NCBI GenBank assembly: GCA_963780745.1
Contig: CAWACT010000003.1
Span: 528,326 to 592,325, forward strand
Length of the DNA stretch: 64,000 nt
DNA from: an uncultured Actinomycetes bacterium
Lineage (GTDB): Bacteria; Actinomycetota; Acidimicrobiia; Spongiisociales; DATADW01
Direction: 5' to 3'
Of this stretch, positions 9,595-18,444 are shown in pieces (the first letter of the stretch is position 1; each line of letters starts with the position of its first letter). Made by a program: the position numbers and the translations under genes. The notes below the pieces were generated by a model. The model was given only the letters and a program-made list of their open reading frames with translations, had not been told where the DNA came from and searched no databases.

Positions 9595-12500
9595 GTGGCG
9601 CTCCTCCGCCGACTTAAGCTTGTCCCGGCGACGGGAGAGTGGATGACAGTCGACCTCTCAGGCGAATCGTCTGGCGAGCTGCGTCTCGCCGACGCATTGG
9701 AAGCGGCAGCCCCTGGGGTTGTGGTGGTGCTCGCCTCATCGCCGATCGGCGCCGCCGGGTCCGTCCAAGATGCCGTCTTCGGGGCGGGTCTCAGCGGTTT
9801 CAAGAGGACCGCCGGCCGGGAGCCCGCCAGGTCCCGACCCGGAGCGGTGGCCGTTGAGCTGGGCATCGACGCCTCGGCTGCCGCCGCAAGCGGGAGACCG
9901 GAGGCGATCCTTCTCGAAGAGGCGCAGTGGGCCGACCCGACCTCGCTCGGGTTGCTTCGCCGGCTGATCACCCACCCCGATCGAGTCCGGCTGATGATCA
10001 TCGCCCACCGCCCCCCGGACGAACTCGACCGGTGGTGGCTCGAGTCGATTGCCGCAGCAGCAACGGACCACGGCGTCCTCATCGAGACGACGGGCGCCGA
10101 CGTCGCTCCGGACGGGTCGATCGAGCAGCTCGACGAGGCAGGGCGCGACCTGGTCGCGGCCGCATCGTTGGCCGGGGAGCCAATCACCGTGGCCGAGGCA
10201 GCCACCATTCTCGGAGTGGGCGAGGCAGAGGCTCTTCGGGCAGCTGAGACCGCTTCGTCCGCCGGATGGCTCCTCGAGCTTCGTGGTGGGTTCATCTACA
10301 GCCCCGCGGCCGGGCCGCTGGCTCTCGGTGAGAGCCGGCGGGGACATATCGCCGCCCGCCTTGCATCCGTTCTGGAGGCCTCCGGAGGCGACGCAGGGGT
10401 CATCGGCTACCACCACCTCGCCGCCGGCCACCCCGAGGCCGCCTTCCCCCGACTGGCCGCAGCCGCCATCGAGGCCGACCAGCATCGGGCGATCGGCGAG
10501 GCTTACCACCTTGCCGAGACTGCCCTCGGGGCCCAGCCCGGGGCCGCCGTGTCCGAACCGGAGACGGCGGGCAGATTGCACCTCATCTGCGGGCGGTTCC
10601 TCCACTGGGCAGGGTTGTCGGAGCGGGCGGCCGACCACCTCGTCGCGGCCACCCGACAGCTACAGGGAGTCGAGCGCATCGATGCACTCGGCTTCGAGAC
10701 GGCGGTCGCCGGCGACCGGCAGCGGCCCCAGGAAGCCGAGCGGATATCCGCCGTAGCTTGTTGGGAGGCGAGCCGCCAGGGTGAGATCGCCAAGCTCGGT
10801 TCGCTCTATACCCTGCGCGCCCACCAGGTGGACCGGATCGGCTTCGCCACCGAGGCCGAGATCATGCTCGACCGCGCCGACGTCCTTCTCGAGCAGGCGG
10901 CCACACCGGTACAGCGGTACTACGCCGCCGACAACCGAGGCTGGATCGCCCTCGATCATGGCGAGTTCGCCCATGCGGAACGCGAATTCGCCCGGCTCCG
11001 CGATGAGGCGATGGCGAGCGAGCCGGAGGCGTCGCAGGCGGACAAGGAGGCTTGCTGGGGACGGGCGCTACTAATGACAGGGCAGGTGGGCGAAGGTCTC
11101 GCCGCCCTGGAACGAGCCGAGGAGCTGGCCGGGGGCGCCAACGTCGAAGCACCGGTGTTCCTCGCCGAGATTGCCCGGGCCGAGGCGTCGATCGCCATGG
11201 GCCGGTATGAAGATGCGCTGGCGGCCGCCAACCGGGTCCTCGATCTGGTCGAACGCCGGCTGTCCGAATGGGAAAACGTTGCACGCGCCCTGCGCGCCCA
11301 AGCCCTGCATGGCCTGGGCCGGAATGAGGAGGCCTCTTCCGAGATCGCTGCGGCCATCGCCGCCTGCCCGCCCGGCGCCGACGGATGTCGCTGGCGTTCC
11401 CGCTGCAACGCCCTCCAGTTGGAGATCCAGACATCTTTGGGGAGTCCATGGCCGGCGCAGGAGGCAGCCGACCTCGCAGACCAGATGCTCCACTCCAAGC
11501 TGTATCACTGGGCCATTGACCTGATGTGCGCCCGCGCCGTCCACGAGAAGGACGACGAGATCGCCGCCGCCGCACTCGGGTTGGCCGTCGAGACAGGGAA
11601 CCCGATGGGTGCCGCCCGGGCGGCCACCGCGGGGCGCTTGTGGGGCAAGCCCGCCGCCGCGCCGGCGGTGCGCTCGGTGCAGCGCATGGCGGCATTGGTT
11701 CCCGCCGAGTGGCGCCCGCAATGGGAATCGCTCCCCCAGGTCGAACCTGCACTGTCCGCTCCCCCACCGGACGACGATGCCGTGGCGGATGCCGACCACC
11801 AGGAGGCGCTCGACCGGATCCTGGCCGCTTCGGGCCTGGCGGGTGTCGAGACCGTGCTCAGCCCGGCGCAGAGGCGGGCCAGAGGGTTGGTGGGACCCCG
11901 TCGCCGGACCCTCCGCCGCTGGCCTATCGTTGCCGCCGCCGCACTTGGTGTAGTCGTGGTGGCAGGCGCCGCCTCGCTGGCGGTTGACAGCCTCACCGAC
12001 CCGGGTCCCACGACCACGGTGGCCACCACCCCGACAACCGCCGTGCCACTCAGCTTGGAGGAGACCCTGCTTCCCGAAGTGACAGAACGGGGCTTCTTCA
12101 CCGGCACCGCGGAGCACAGGGCGGGGAACGACCGCACCGGGGCATTCGACGCTGAGCCGGTCCACGACGCCCAGGGCCACTTTTGGGTACGGGCCACGCA
12201 GCAACCGATCGACGGAGCGCCTGTGGCATACGGGGGCATGCTCCTCGTCGCCGGCAACGACGGCACCCTCTACGGTCTCGACCAGCGGACCGGCGGGGTC
12301 ATCTGGAGGCTGCTGGCGGAAGGGCCGATCCATACCGCGCCCGCAATCGGGACCATTGCGACCGCCGATGCAGCTTCTCCCGCGGTCGTGGTCGTTGGCG
12401 GTGACGACGGGATATTGCGCGCCCGCGAGGCGCTGCCCGACAGGGTCACCGAACGCTGGAGGGCCCTACTAGGCGAGCGGATCCGCTCGTCGCCCGCCGT

Positions 12501-13194
12501 CGCTGATGGTGTCGTCTACGCGGCGACGACAGACGGCACGGTCCACGCCCTTGATCTCGGGACCGGCGAAGAGCTGTGGCGGTTCCCGCGGAGGGGGACG
12601 GTGGGACCGATCACCGCCGATCTCACCCTCCACGATGGCGTGCTCTACGTGGCGACCAGCGACCCCACCGGCAATGTGATCCTGCTCGACGTCGCCAGCG
12701 GTGAGGAGATATGCCGCCGCGAGACCGACGCACCCATCGAGGTCAACCCGATCGTCTCCGATGAAGTTGCCTACGTCTCCAACACGGGCAGCCAGGTGTA
12801 CATGTTCCCCGCCGGGGTGTGCAACGGTCTGGTGGCCGGCAGACCTCCCTCGCTCCTTCGGGAGAGGCCGGTAATCGCTGCTCCCGCGATCCGCGACAAC
12901 GTGATGTACATCGGCGAGGGCACGTTCCTCTATGCGATCGATCTGGCCACTAACACGGGGATCTGGGACGAGGTGGTGCAGGCTGGGGAGCAGGTCCGCT
13001 CGGTGACGGTGGCCGGCGATGTCGTCTACGCCGGCTCGGACGACGGGAACCTGTACGCGGTAGATGCCGACACCGGTGAGACCTTGTGGACCTGGCAAAC
13101 GGGAGGTCCGGTGCGGGCGGCCGCCGCCGTCATTGACAACGTCGTCTATGCGGTGAGCCTCGACGGGATCGTCTACGCCATTGGAGGCGATTAG
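9595..13194 (+). CDS. large multidomain protein: degenerate STAND/LuxR-type NTPase-like region + TPR-like helical repeats + single TM + PQQ-like beta-propeller
   Basis: Uninterrupted 1199-aa ORF. Walker-B-like ILLEEAQWADPTSLGLLRRL; P-loop position reads LASSPIGAAGS (no Lys). TM WPIVAAAALGVVVVAGAASLAV. C-terminal repeats DGTLYGLDQRTGGVIWRL, DGTVHALDLGTGEELWRF, DGNLYAVDADTGETLWTW, DGIVYAIGG. Confidence 0.85.
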   Translation: MALLRRLKLVPATGEWMTVDLSGESSGELRLADALEAAAPGVVVVLASSPIGAAGSVQDAVFGAGLSGFKRTAGREPARSRPGAVAVELGIDASAAAASGRPEAILLEEAQWADPTSLGLLRRLITHPDRVRLMIIAHRPPDELDRWWLESIAAAATDHGVLIETTGADVAPDGSIEQLDEAGRDLVAAASLAGEPITVAEAATILGVGEAEALRAAETASSAGWLLELRGGFIYSPAAGPLALGESRRGHIAARLASVLEASGGDAGVIGYHHLAAGHPEAAFPRLAAAAIEADQHRAIGEAYHLAETALGAQPGAAVSEPETAGRLHLICGRFLHWAGLSERAADHLVAATRQLQGVERIDALGFETAVAGDRQRPQEAERISAVACWEASRQGEIAKLGSLYTLRAHQVDRIGFATEAEIMLDRADVLLEQAATPVQRYYAADNRGWIALDHGEFAHAEREFARLRDEAMASEPEASQADKEACWGRALLMTGQVGEGLAALERAEELAGGANVEAPVFLAEIARAEASIAMGRYEDALAAANRVLDLVERRLSEWENVARALRAQALHGLGRNEEASSEIAAAIAACPPGADGCRWRSRCNALQLEIQTSLGSPWPAQEAADLADQMLHSKLYHWAIDLMCARAVHEKDDEIAAAALGLAVETGNPMGAARAATAGRLWGKPAAAPAVRSVQRMAALVPAEWRPQWESLPQVEPALSAPPPDDDAVADADHQEALDRILAASGLAGVETVLSPAQRRARGLVGPRRRTLRRWPIVAAAALGVVVVAGAASLAVDSLTDPGPTTTVATTPTTAVPLSLEETLLPEVTERGFFTGTAEHRAGNDRTGAFDAEPVHDAQGHFWVRATQQPIDGAPVAYGGMLLVAGNDGTLYGLDQRTGGVIWRLLAEGPIHTAPAIGTIATADAASPAVVVVGGDDGILRAREALPDRVTERWRALLGERIRSSPAVADGVVYAATTDGTVHALDLGTGEELWRFPRRGTVGPITADLTLHDGVLYVATSDPTGNVILLDVASGEEICRRETDAPIEVNPIVSDEVAYVSNTGSQVYMFPAGVCNGLVAGRPPSLLRERPVIAAPAIRDNVMYIGEGTFLYAIDLATNTGIWDEVVQAGEQVRSVTVAGDVVYAGSDDGNLYAVDADTGETLWTWQTGGPVRAAAAVIDNVVYAVSLDGIVYAIGGD

Positions 13195-13207
13195 GCATTC
13201 GCCCACG

Positions 13208-13258
13208 CCAACCCAGGGTCGGGGAATACCAAATGGGTAGCTGCCAACCCAGGGTTGG
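13208..13258. repeat. two copies of a 15-bp palindrome (CCAACCCAGGGTCGG at 13208-13222, CCAACCCAGGGTTGG at 13244-13258), 36 bp apart
   Basis: Read directly. The segment GGTAGCTGCCAACCC is the reverse complement of GGGTTGGCAGCTACC in the array at 15334-15356. Confidence 0.9.
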
Positions 13259-13412
13259 AGCGCGCGGGGGCCTGATGCCGGACCCGGAAGGGGCCGGGAA
13301 GTGGGAGTCGACACGTGTGTGGCCCCGGCCGGGTCCGATCAGGCGACACGCCGTTGGTGCGGACGGCGACACCGCCTCTTGTCACGTTCATGCCTCCGGC
13401 CGGGCTGGCATG

Positions 13413-13814
13413 TCAGCGGTAATCGATCCCGGGAACCAGCCTGCTGGGCGTATCGACTCGATGCGGGTCACGGTGCCCGTCCACGAGGATTCCGGTCGGG
13501 GAGATGCTCCCGAGCTCTACCGGTCCTGCCGTATCGAGCGGCCAGGCGACGCCCTCCGATCTACCGACGCTGGTGTTCGTCGTCTCCGGCGCAGTCGCCA
13601 CAGTGGCGGCGCGCAACATCAGCGGCGCCGTTAGCACCAACAAGACGAGCAGGGCAGCAACCGGCGAGACCACCCCAAGCTGCCAGAGCCGCTTCTGCCT
13701 GGCAGCCCGGCGTGTCGGGCTGGCCGTTTCGACGACCGCCATCCTGAGCACCCCTTCGACCTCACTCAGGTAGCGGGGTGTTGTGGGGACTCGGGGTGGT
13801 TTCAGCTCAAGCAA
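13413..13814 (-). CDS. putative anti-sigma factor / single-pass membrane protein
   Basis: Lies directly downstream of the ECF sigma gene. The TTG at 13814 overlaps the sigma stop; ATG at 13742 is an alternative. TM LWQLGVVSPVAALLVLLVLTAPLML. Function is inferred from position only. Confidence 0.45.
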   Translation of the reverse strand: MLELKPPRVPTTPRYLSEVEGVLRMAVVETASPTRRAARQKRLWQLGVVSPVAALLVLLVLTAPLMLRAATVATAPETTNTSVGRSEGVAWPLDTAGPVELGSISPTGILVDGHRDPHRVDTPSRLVPGIDYR

Positions 13815-14404
13815 GCTCGGCCTCGATTCCAGACCAGTCCAAAGCCGTATGGCCGTCGATCATGGAGCGCATCCGCCTCCGTGCCCTACTCAGACGGAGC
13901 CGTGCTGCGTTGGCGCTCACATCGAGGGCTAGAGCCGCCTCCTGTGGGCTGAGACCATGAAGCGCCACCAGCTCGAGCACGTCACGCTCTCCACCGGAGA
14001 GCCGCTTCATGGCGGCCTCGATCTCGGGACGCTGACGGGCGGCATCGATCGCCGCCACGACGTCGTCTTCCTCGGCTGCCTCGAAGTGGGGCATCGACCC
14101 CCCCACCCGCAAGCGCAACCTGTGCAGTCGGTGATCGCGGCGCATTTGGCTCATCCACAGTCTTCTGGTGATACCGAGCAGCCATGGCAAGCGCAGTCGG
14201 CAGCTCCTCGCGGTAGCGCGGCGCCGCTTCGAGGGCGGTGAGGAAGGTGTCGCCGACCAGGTCGGCGGCCTCGTGCGCATTGCGAGCCCGGCGCAAGGCA
14301 AACCCGGTCACCGCGCCGACATGCCGATGGAACAGCGTGGCGTATGCGTCGGCATCGCCCTGCACCGTCGCCCTGAGCAGTTCCCCATCGGAGGGTCCGG
14401 TCAT
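13807..14404 (-). CDS. ECF (sigma-70 family, group 4) RNA polymerase sigma factor; frameshift near 14185
   Basis: Region 2 (AYATLFHRHVGAVTGFALRRARNAHEAADLVGDTFLTALEA) is in the frame of ORF 13982..15337. Region 4 (LSGGERDVLELVALHGLSPQEAALALDVSANAARLRLSRARRRM) is in ORF 13807..14301. The ATG at 14404 overlaps the patatin stop (ATGA). Confidence 0.85.
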
Positions 14405-15274
14405 TGCTCGACCCCGCTTCCCACCCATGTCATGTCGCCACCGAGCCCCGCATGTCGTCCAACTTCTCGGTCGAGATACGCTCCGCTTGCCTGGTATGCC
14501 TGTTGAAACCTGCGCTCGGCCAAATCGGCGTCCACTTGCCTGATCCGCTGTCCTAGGGGGTCGGAAGCCCCGGTGGGCAGCACATGGGCGGCGACGTCGC
14601 CGGGAAGCGATGCCATTTCGCCGAAGAAGCGGTGGCGCCGCGCCACCTCCAGTGCCACCAACGCCACCTCCCAGGGTCGGCGGGGGGCACTGAGCTTTCG
14701 CTCCACTCTTCCCACCTGCAGCACGTAGACGGTCGTCGCCCCCAATTCGACGGCGCGACGCACCGGGATGCTGTTGACGATCCCCCCGTCGATGTAGTGC
14801 TCCCCATCGATCTCCACCGGTGGGAACAGACCGGGTACGGACGACGAGGCAAGAATTGCCTCGACCAGAGCCCCGCTGCTGAACCATTGCTCGGCGGAGC
14901 GTTCGATCGAGGCGGCGACACACTGAAAGTCGATCGCCAGGTCCTCGAACCGTTCCGGCAGCCACTGGCTGAGCATGGCGCGTAACGGCTCGATCGAGTA
15001 GAGGTGGGTCCGGGAACGAAAGGCATTTAGGGCGGTGGCGAACAAGCCCGCCGCCGAACATGTCCTGCTCGTCGAGACTCAGCCACACCGATCGGAGCTT
15101 GGCCACCCCATCGAGGGTCGGGTCGGCGGCGATTCCTGCCCCGTTGATCGCCCCGATGGAGGTCCCCACTACCAGATCGGCGACGATGCCACGCTCGGTC
15201 AGCGCCTGGAGCATCCCCACCTCGTATGCACCCAGCGGCCCGCCCCCACCCAGGACGAAAGCGGTGCGACCCAT
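14401..15274 (-). CDS. patatin-like phospholipase; frameshift near 15040
   Basis: MGRTAFVLGGGGPLGAYEVG (Gly-rich oxyanion loop), GTSIGA (GxSxG) and IDGGIVNSIP (catalytic Asp motif). The two halves are in ORFs 13982..15337 and 14401..15045. Confidence 0.85.
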
Positions 15275-15299
15275 CACCGGAGGATACGGCAGGAACCCG

Positions 15300-15440
15300 C
15301 CAAGCCAGGGTTGGTGGCAACATCCCTTGTACTCCAACCCAGGGTTGGCAGCTACCTACCGGGTACTCCCCAACCCAGGGTTGGCAGCAACATTTCATGT
15401 ACTTGAGCAACATCTCATGTACTCCCCGACCCAGGGTTGG
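15300..15440. repeat. array of four 15-bp palindromes (CCAAGCCAGGGTTGG 15300-15314; CCAACCCAGGGTTGG 15334-15348 and 15370-15384; CCGACCCAGGGTTGG 15426-15440), each followed by a CAGCAACAT-N-TCATGTACTCC-like tail
   Basis: Read directly. Spacings are 34, 36 and 56 bp; the last spacing includes an internal duplication of GAGCAACATCTCATGTACT. The array fills the divergent intergenic region between the patatin gene and the kinase-LLM gene. Confidence 0.9.
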
Positions 15441-15445
15441 CAGAT

Positions 15446-16930
15446 ATGGACGAGGTCAGGATCCCGGTGCCGTCGCTCGTGGTCCTCGCCGGTCCGTCGG
15501 GCGCCGGGAAGTCGGCGTGGGCGGAGGAGTGGTTTCGCCCCGATCAGGTGGTGTCATCCGATCGGCTGCGGAGCCTCGTCGGGGAGGGCGAGCACGACCA
15601 GGCGGCAGGGGACGCCGCATTCGACCTGATGGAGCGGGTGCTCGACCACCGGTTGGCCAGAAAGCTGCTCACCGTTATCGACACGCTGGGGATGAGCGCC
15701 GAGCGGCGGTCCCTCTGGCGGGAACGGGCCAGGGCGGCAGGGATGCCGGCGCTTGTGGTTGCCTTCGACACCCCAGCAGCGGTGTGCCGGTCCCGCAACC
15801 GGAGCCGGTCCGAGCCCGTGCCCGACCGGGTCCTGGCATCGCAAGTCCGTCGCTGGCCCGGGGAACTCGAGGCCATCGGCTCGGAATCGTGGGACGGTGT
15901 ACTCACCCCCGGACCGGTACGGCTGGTGCTCCCTGGATTCGGCATGTCCGACGAAGCGGCGCGCCGCCAGGCGGACGATCCGCGGCCGCTTCGGTTTGGC
16001 CTCCAGATCTCACGCTTCGCCTGGGAGGGCGGTGCGGCCACACTCGCCGAACGGCTCGCCGCGCTGGCAGTCACCGCCGAGCAGGCCGGTTTCGACGGCC
16101 TGTGGCTCATGGACCACCTCTTGCAGATCCCTCAGGTAGGGAGGGTGTGGGAGGACCTGCCCGAGAGCACCACAACGCTCGGCTTCCTGGCGGCGGCCAC
16201 CACGCGCATAGGGCTGGGGACGCTGGTCACACCGGTGACCTTCCGCGCCCCGGCCCTCCTGGGCAAGACCATCGCCACTCTCGACGTCCTCTCCGGGGGT
16301 CGGGCACGGCTCGGGTTGGGGCTCGGTTGGTGGGAGCGCGAGCACCTCGCCTTCGGTCTGCCTTTCCCCTCAGTCCCCGACCGGTACCTGCTGCTCGAGG
16401 ACACCATCCGCCTGCTGCGCGCCCTCTGGTCGCCAGGGTCGCGCCCGTTCAACGGCAAGACGCTGTCGCTCTCCGAGACCGGGTGCTACCCCAGACCGCT
16501 GCAAGAGAGGCTGCCCATAATCGTCGGCGGGTCCGGTGAGAGGCGGACCCTGCGGGTGGTCGCAGAGCTAGCCGACGGTTGCAATCTGATGGGTGATCCC
16601 GAGAAGGTGGCGGCGAAGGTGAGCGCTCTCCGCCGTCATTGCGAGGACGTGGGCCGTCCTCCGGAGGAGGTGGAGGTGACTCACCTGTCGACCGCACTGG
16701 TGGGCAGGGGACGTTTGGAGGTGGATGGCCTGGTCGATCGGCTCCGCCCGCCACGCGGCTCGCCGCAGCGCTACGCGGCAGCAGTCAATGCAGGCACAGT
16801 CGATGACCATGTCGGGAGGTTTCGTCGTCTGGCGGAGAGCGGTGTGGGGACGGCGATCGTCGCCATGCCCGACCTGCCCGATGTCGGGGCGGTCGAGCGG
16901 TTCGCCCCGGTGATCGCCGCCTTCGCATGA
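15446..16930 (+). CDS. fusion protein: P-loop polynucleotide-kinase-like (AAA_33-type) domain + LLM-class (luciferase-like, probably F420-dependent) oxidoreductase
   Basis: N-terminus VVLAGPSGAGKSAWAEEWF..VVSSDRLR..TVIDTLGM. C-terminus FDGLWLMDHL, RIGLGTLVTPVTFRAPALL, GGRARLGLGLGWWEREH, IIVGGSGERRTLRVVAELADGCN. Start is taken at ATG 15446; the track's TTG at 15437 lies inside the palindrome. Confidence 0.8.
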   Translation: MDEVRIPVPSLVVLAGPSGAGKSAWAEEWFRPDQVVSSDRLRSLVGEGEHDQAAGDAAFDLMERVLDHRLARKLLTVIDTLGMSAERRSLWRERARAAGMPALVVAFDTPAAVCRSRNRSRSEPVPDRVLASQVRRWPGELEAIGSESWDGVLTPGPVRLVLPGFGMSDEAARRQADDPRPLRFGLQISRFAWEGGAATLAERLAALAVTAEQAGFDGLWLMDHLLQIPQVGRVWEDLPESTTTLGFLAAATTRIGLGTLVTPVTFRAPALLGKTIATLDVLSGGRARLGLGLGWWEREHLAFGLPFPSVPDRYLLLEDTIRLLRALWSPGSRPFNGKTLSLSETGCYPRPLQERLPIIVGGSGERRTLRVVAELADGCNLMGDPEKVAAKVSALRRHCEDVGRPPEEVEVTHLSTALVGRGRLEVDGLVDRLRPPRGSPQRYAAAVNAGTVDDHVGRFRRLAESGVGTAIVAMPDLPDVGAVERFAPVIAAFA

Positions 16931-16933
16931 CGC

Positions 16934-17650
16934 TCAGGCGAGCGAGTCGTCGAACAGGGTCCCCTGGGGGTCAGGACGGCGGTACCGACCGAGACCGTTC
17001 CACACCAGATGATCCATGAATACCCAGCTTCTGCGGTGGATCGCCGATGGTCCCCAGGCGTGCAGGGCCGACTTGTGGCGGGGACACGGATAGCCCTTGT
17101 TCTCGTCGAAGACGTACAGCGGGTAGTGCTCCGCCTCGGCGCGCATCATCCGATCTCGGGTGACCTTGGCCAGTATCGATGCCGCCGCGATCGACAGACA
17201 GGTCAGGTCTCCGCGGACGATCCGGCGAACCTGGTCGCCGCCGACGAAATCCCACTTCCCGTCGACGAGGACCGCATCCGGGGTCACACCGAGCGCGGTG
17301 ATGGCCCGGTCGGCGGCGAGACGTTGCGCCGCCGACATCCCCAGCGTGTCGCATTCCTCGGCGGTGGCGTGGCCGACCGCCCATGCTTGGCACCAACCGG
17401 CGATCCGGTCGAACAGGGCCTCGCGTTCGGTCTCAGTGAGCAGCTTCGAGTCGCGGCACCTTGTAAACGCGGCGGTCCTCTGGGATGACGGCGGCACCCA
17501 CGCTCAGCGGACCAGCCCAGGCCCCCGGCCCACCTCGTCGACACCGACGACCACGCTACGTCCCGCATCCCACAGCGCCCGCTCCAACCCGATCCCCGGT
17601 GCCCGGTGGACCAGCGCCCGGCGGAGGCGCGGAACTGTCGCCGTGATCAC
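16934..17650 (-). CDS. rnhB: ribonuclease HII; two frameshifts (near 17535 and 17465)
   Basis: VVVGVDEVGRG / AWAGPLSVGAAVIPEDRRVYKV / RDSKLLTETEREALF...LSIAAASILAKVTRD are read in three successive frames. GTG start at 17650. Confidence 0.8.
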
Positions 17651-17692
17651 CGTCCGAGCGTAGCCAGTGAGGCCGCCCGACCCGTGTCAGGC

Positions 17693-18253
17693 TCAGTTGA
17701 GCGTCGGGTCGGCCGGATACTCGGCGAAGATCGAGACCCTCGTCTGTTGCCGGCGCAGAACGCGCCGCCGAAGCCCTAGCGGATCATTGGTCAGGGCATC
17801 TTCTGCCTCGGTGGCGATGACGAACCACGCCCCCTCCTCGACTTCGCTCTCCAGTTGACCCGGCGACCACCCTGCGTATCCGGTGAACACCCGAAGCGGC
17901 CGGGCATCGGGGATCTCATCGGGTGAGAGGCTCAGATCGACCAGTGCCAACCCAACGGCGACCCGGACGAGCCCCTCGTCCTCGGCGTCGGCGGGCACCA
18001 GCACGTCGCTCCGGCAAAGACCTATGGCCATCTCCTGTTGGACTGGCCCGCCCACGAAGACCACCGCCGGCTCGACGAGTAGCGGCGCCCAGTCCGGGAG
18101 GAACTCGCCGGCGGGCGCCGCAGACGGCCGGTTGAGCACCAGTCCGAGGGCGCCGTCCTCGTCGTGCTGGCAGACCAGAAGGACCGTCCCGGCGAAGTTC
18201 GGGTCGAAGAGCGCCGGTGTCGCCACCAGTAGGCGCCCGGTGAGGCTGACCAC
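17693..18253 (-). CDS. YqgE/AlgH family protein (UPF0301)
   Basis: LTGRLLVATPALFDPNFAGTVLLVCQHDEDGALGLVLNRP...FTGYAGWSPGQLESEVEEGAWF. Start uncertain (GTG at 18253 or 18283). Confidence 0.75.
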   Translation of the reverse strand: MVSLTGRLLVATPALFDPNFAGTVLLVCQHDEDGALGLVLNRPSAAPAGEFLPDWAPLLVEPAVVFVGGPVQQEMAIGLCRSDVLVPADAEDEGLVRVAVGLALVDLSLSPDEIPDARPLRVFTGYAGWSPGQLESEVEEGAWFVIATEAEDALTNDPLGLRRRVLRRQQTRVSIFAEYPADPTLN

Positions 18254-18444
18254 GAGGTCGGCGATCAGCAGTCTCCGTTCCACGCCGCGGTTGCGCACCA
18301 CCAATCCGATCCTATCGACCGCCGCGGGGAGGGGAGGCTGCGCACCGAATGGAACCCGGCGCGGCGCCGCCCGGTCGTTTCGTTTTGGGCAGAGACGCGC
18401 CGCAACAGCACAATCCTCCTCCCCCACCCGGAGCCAGCCAACAC

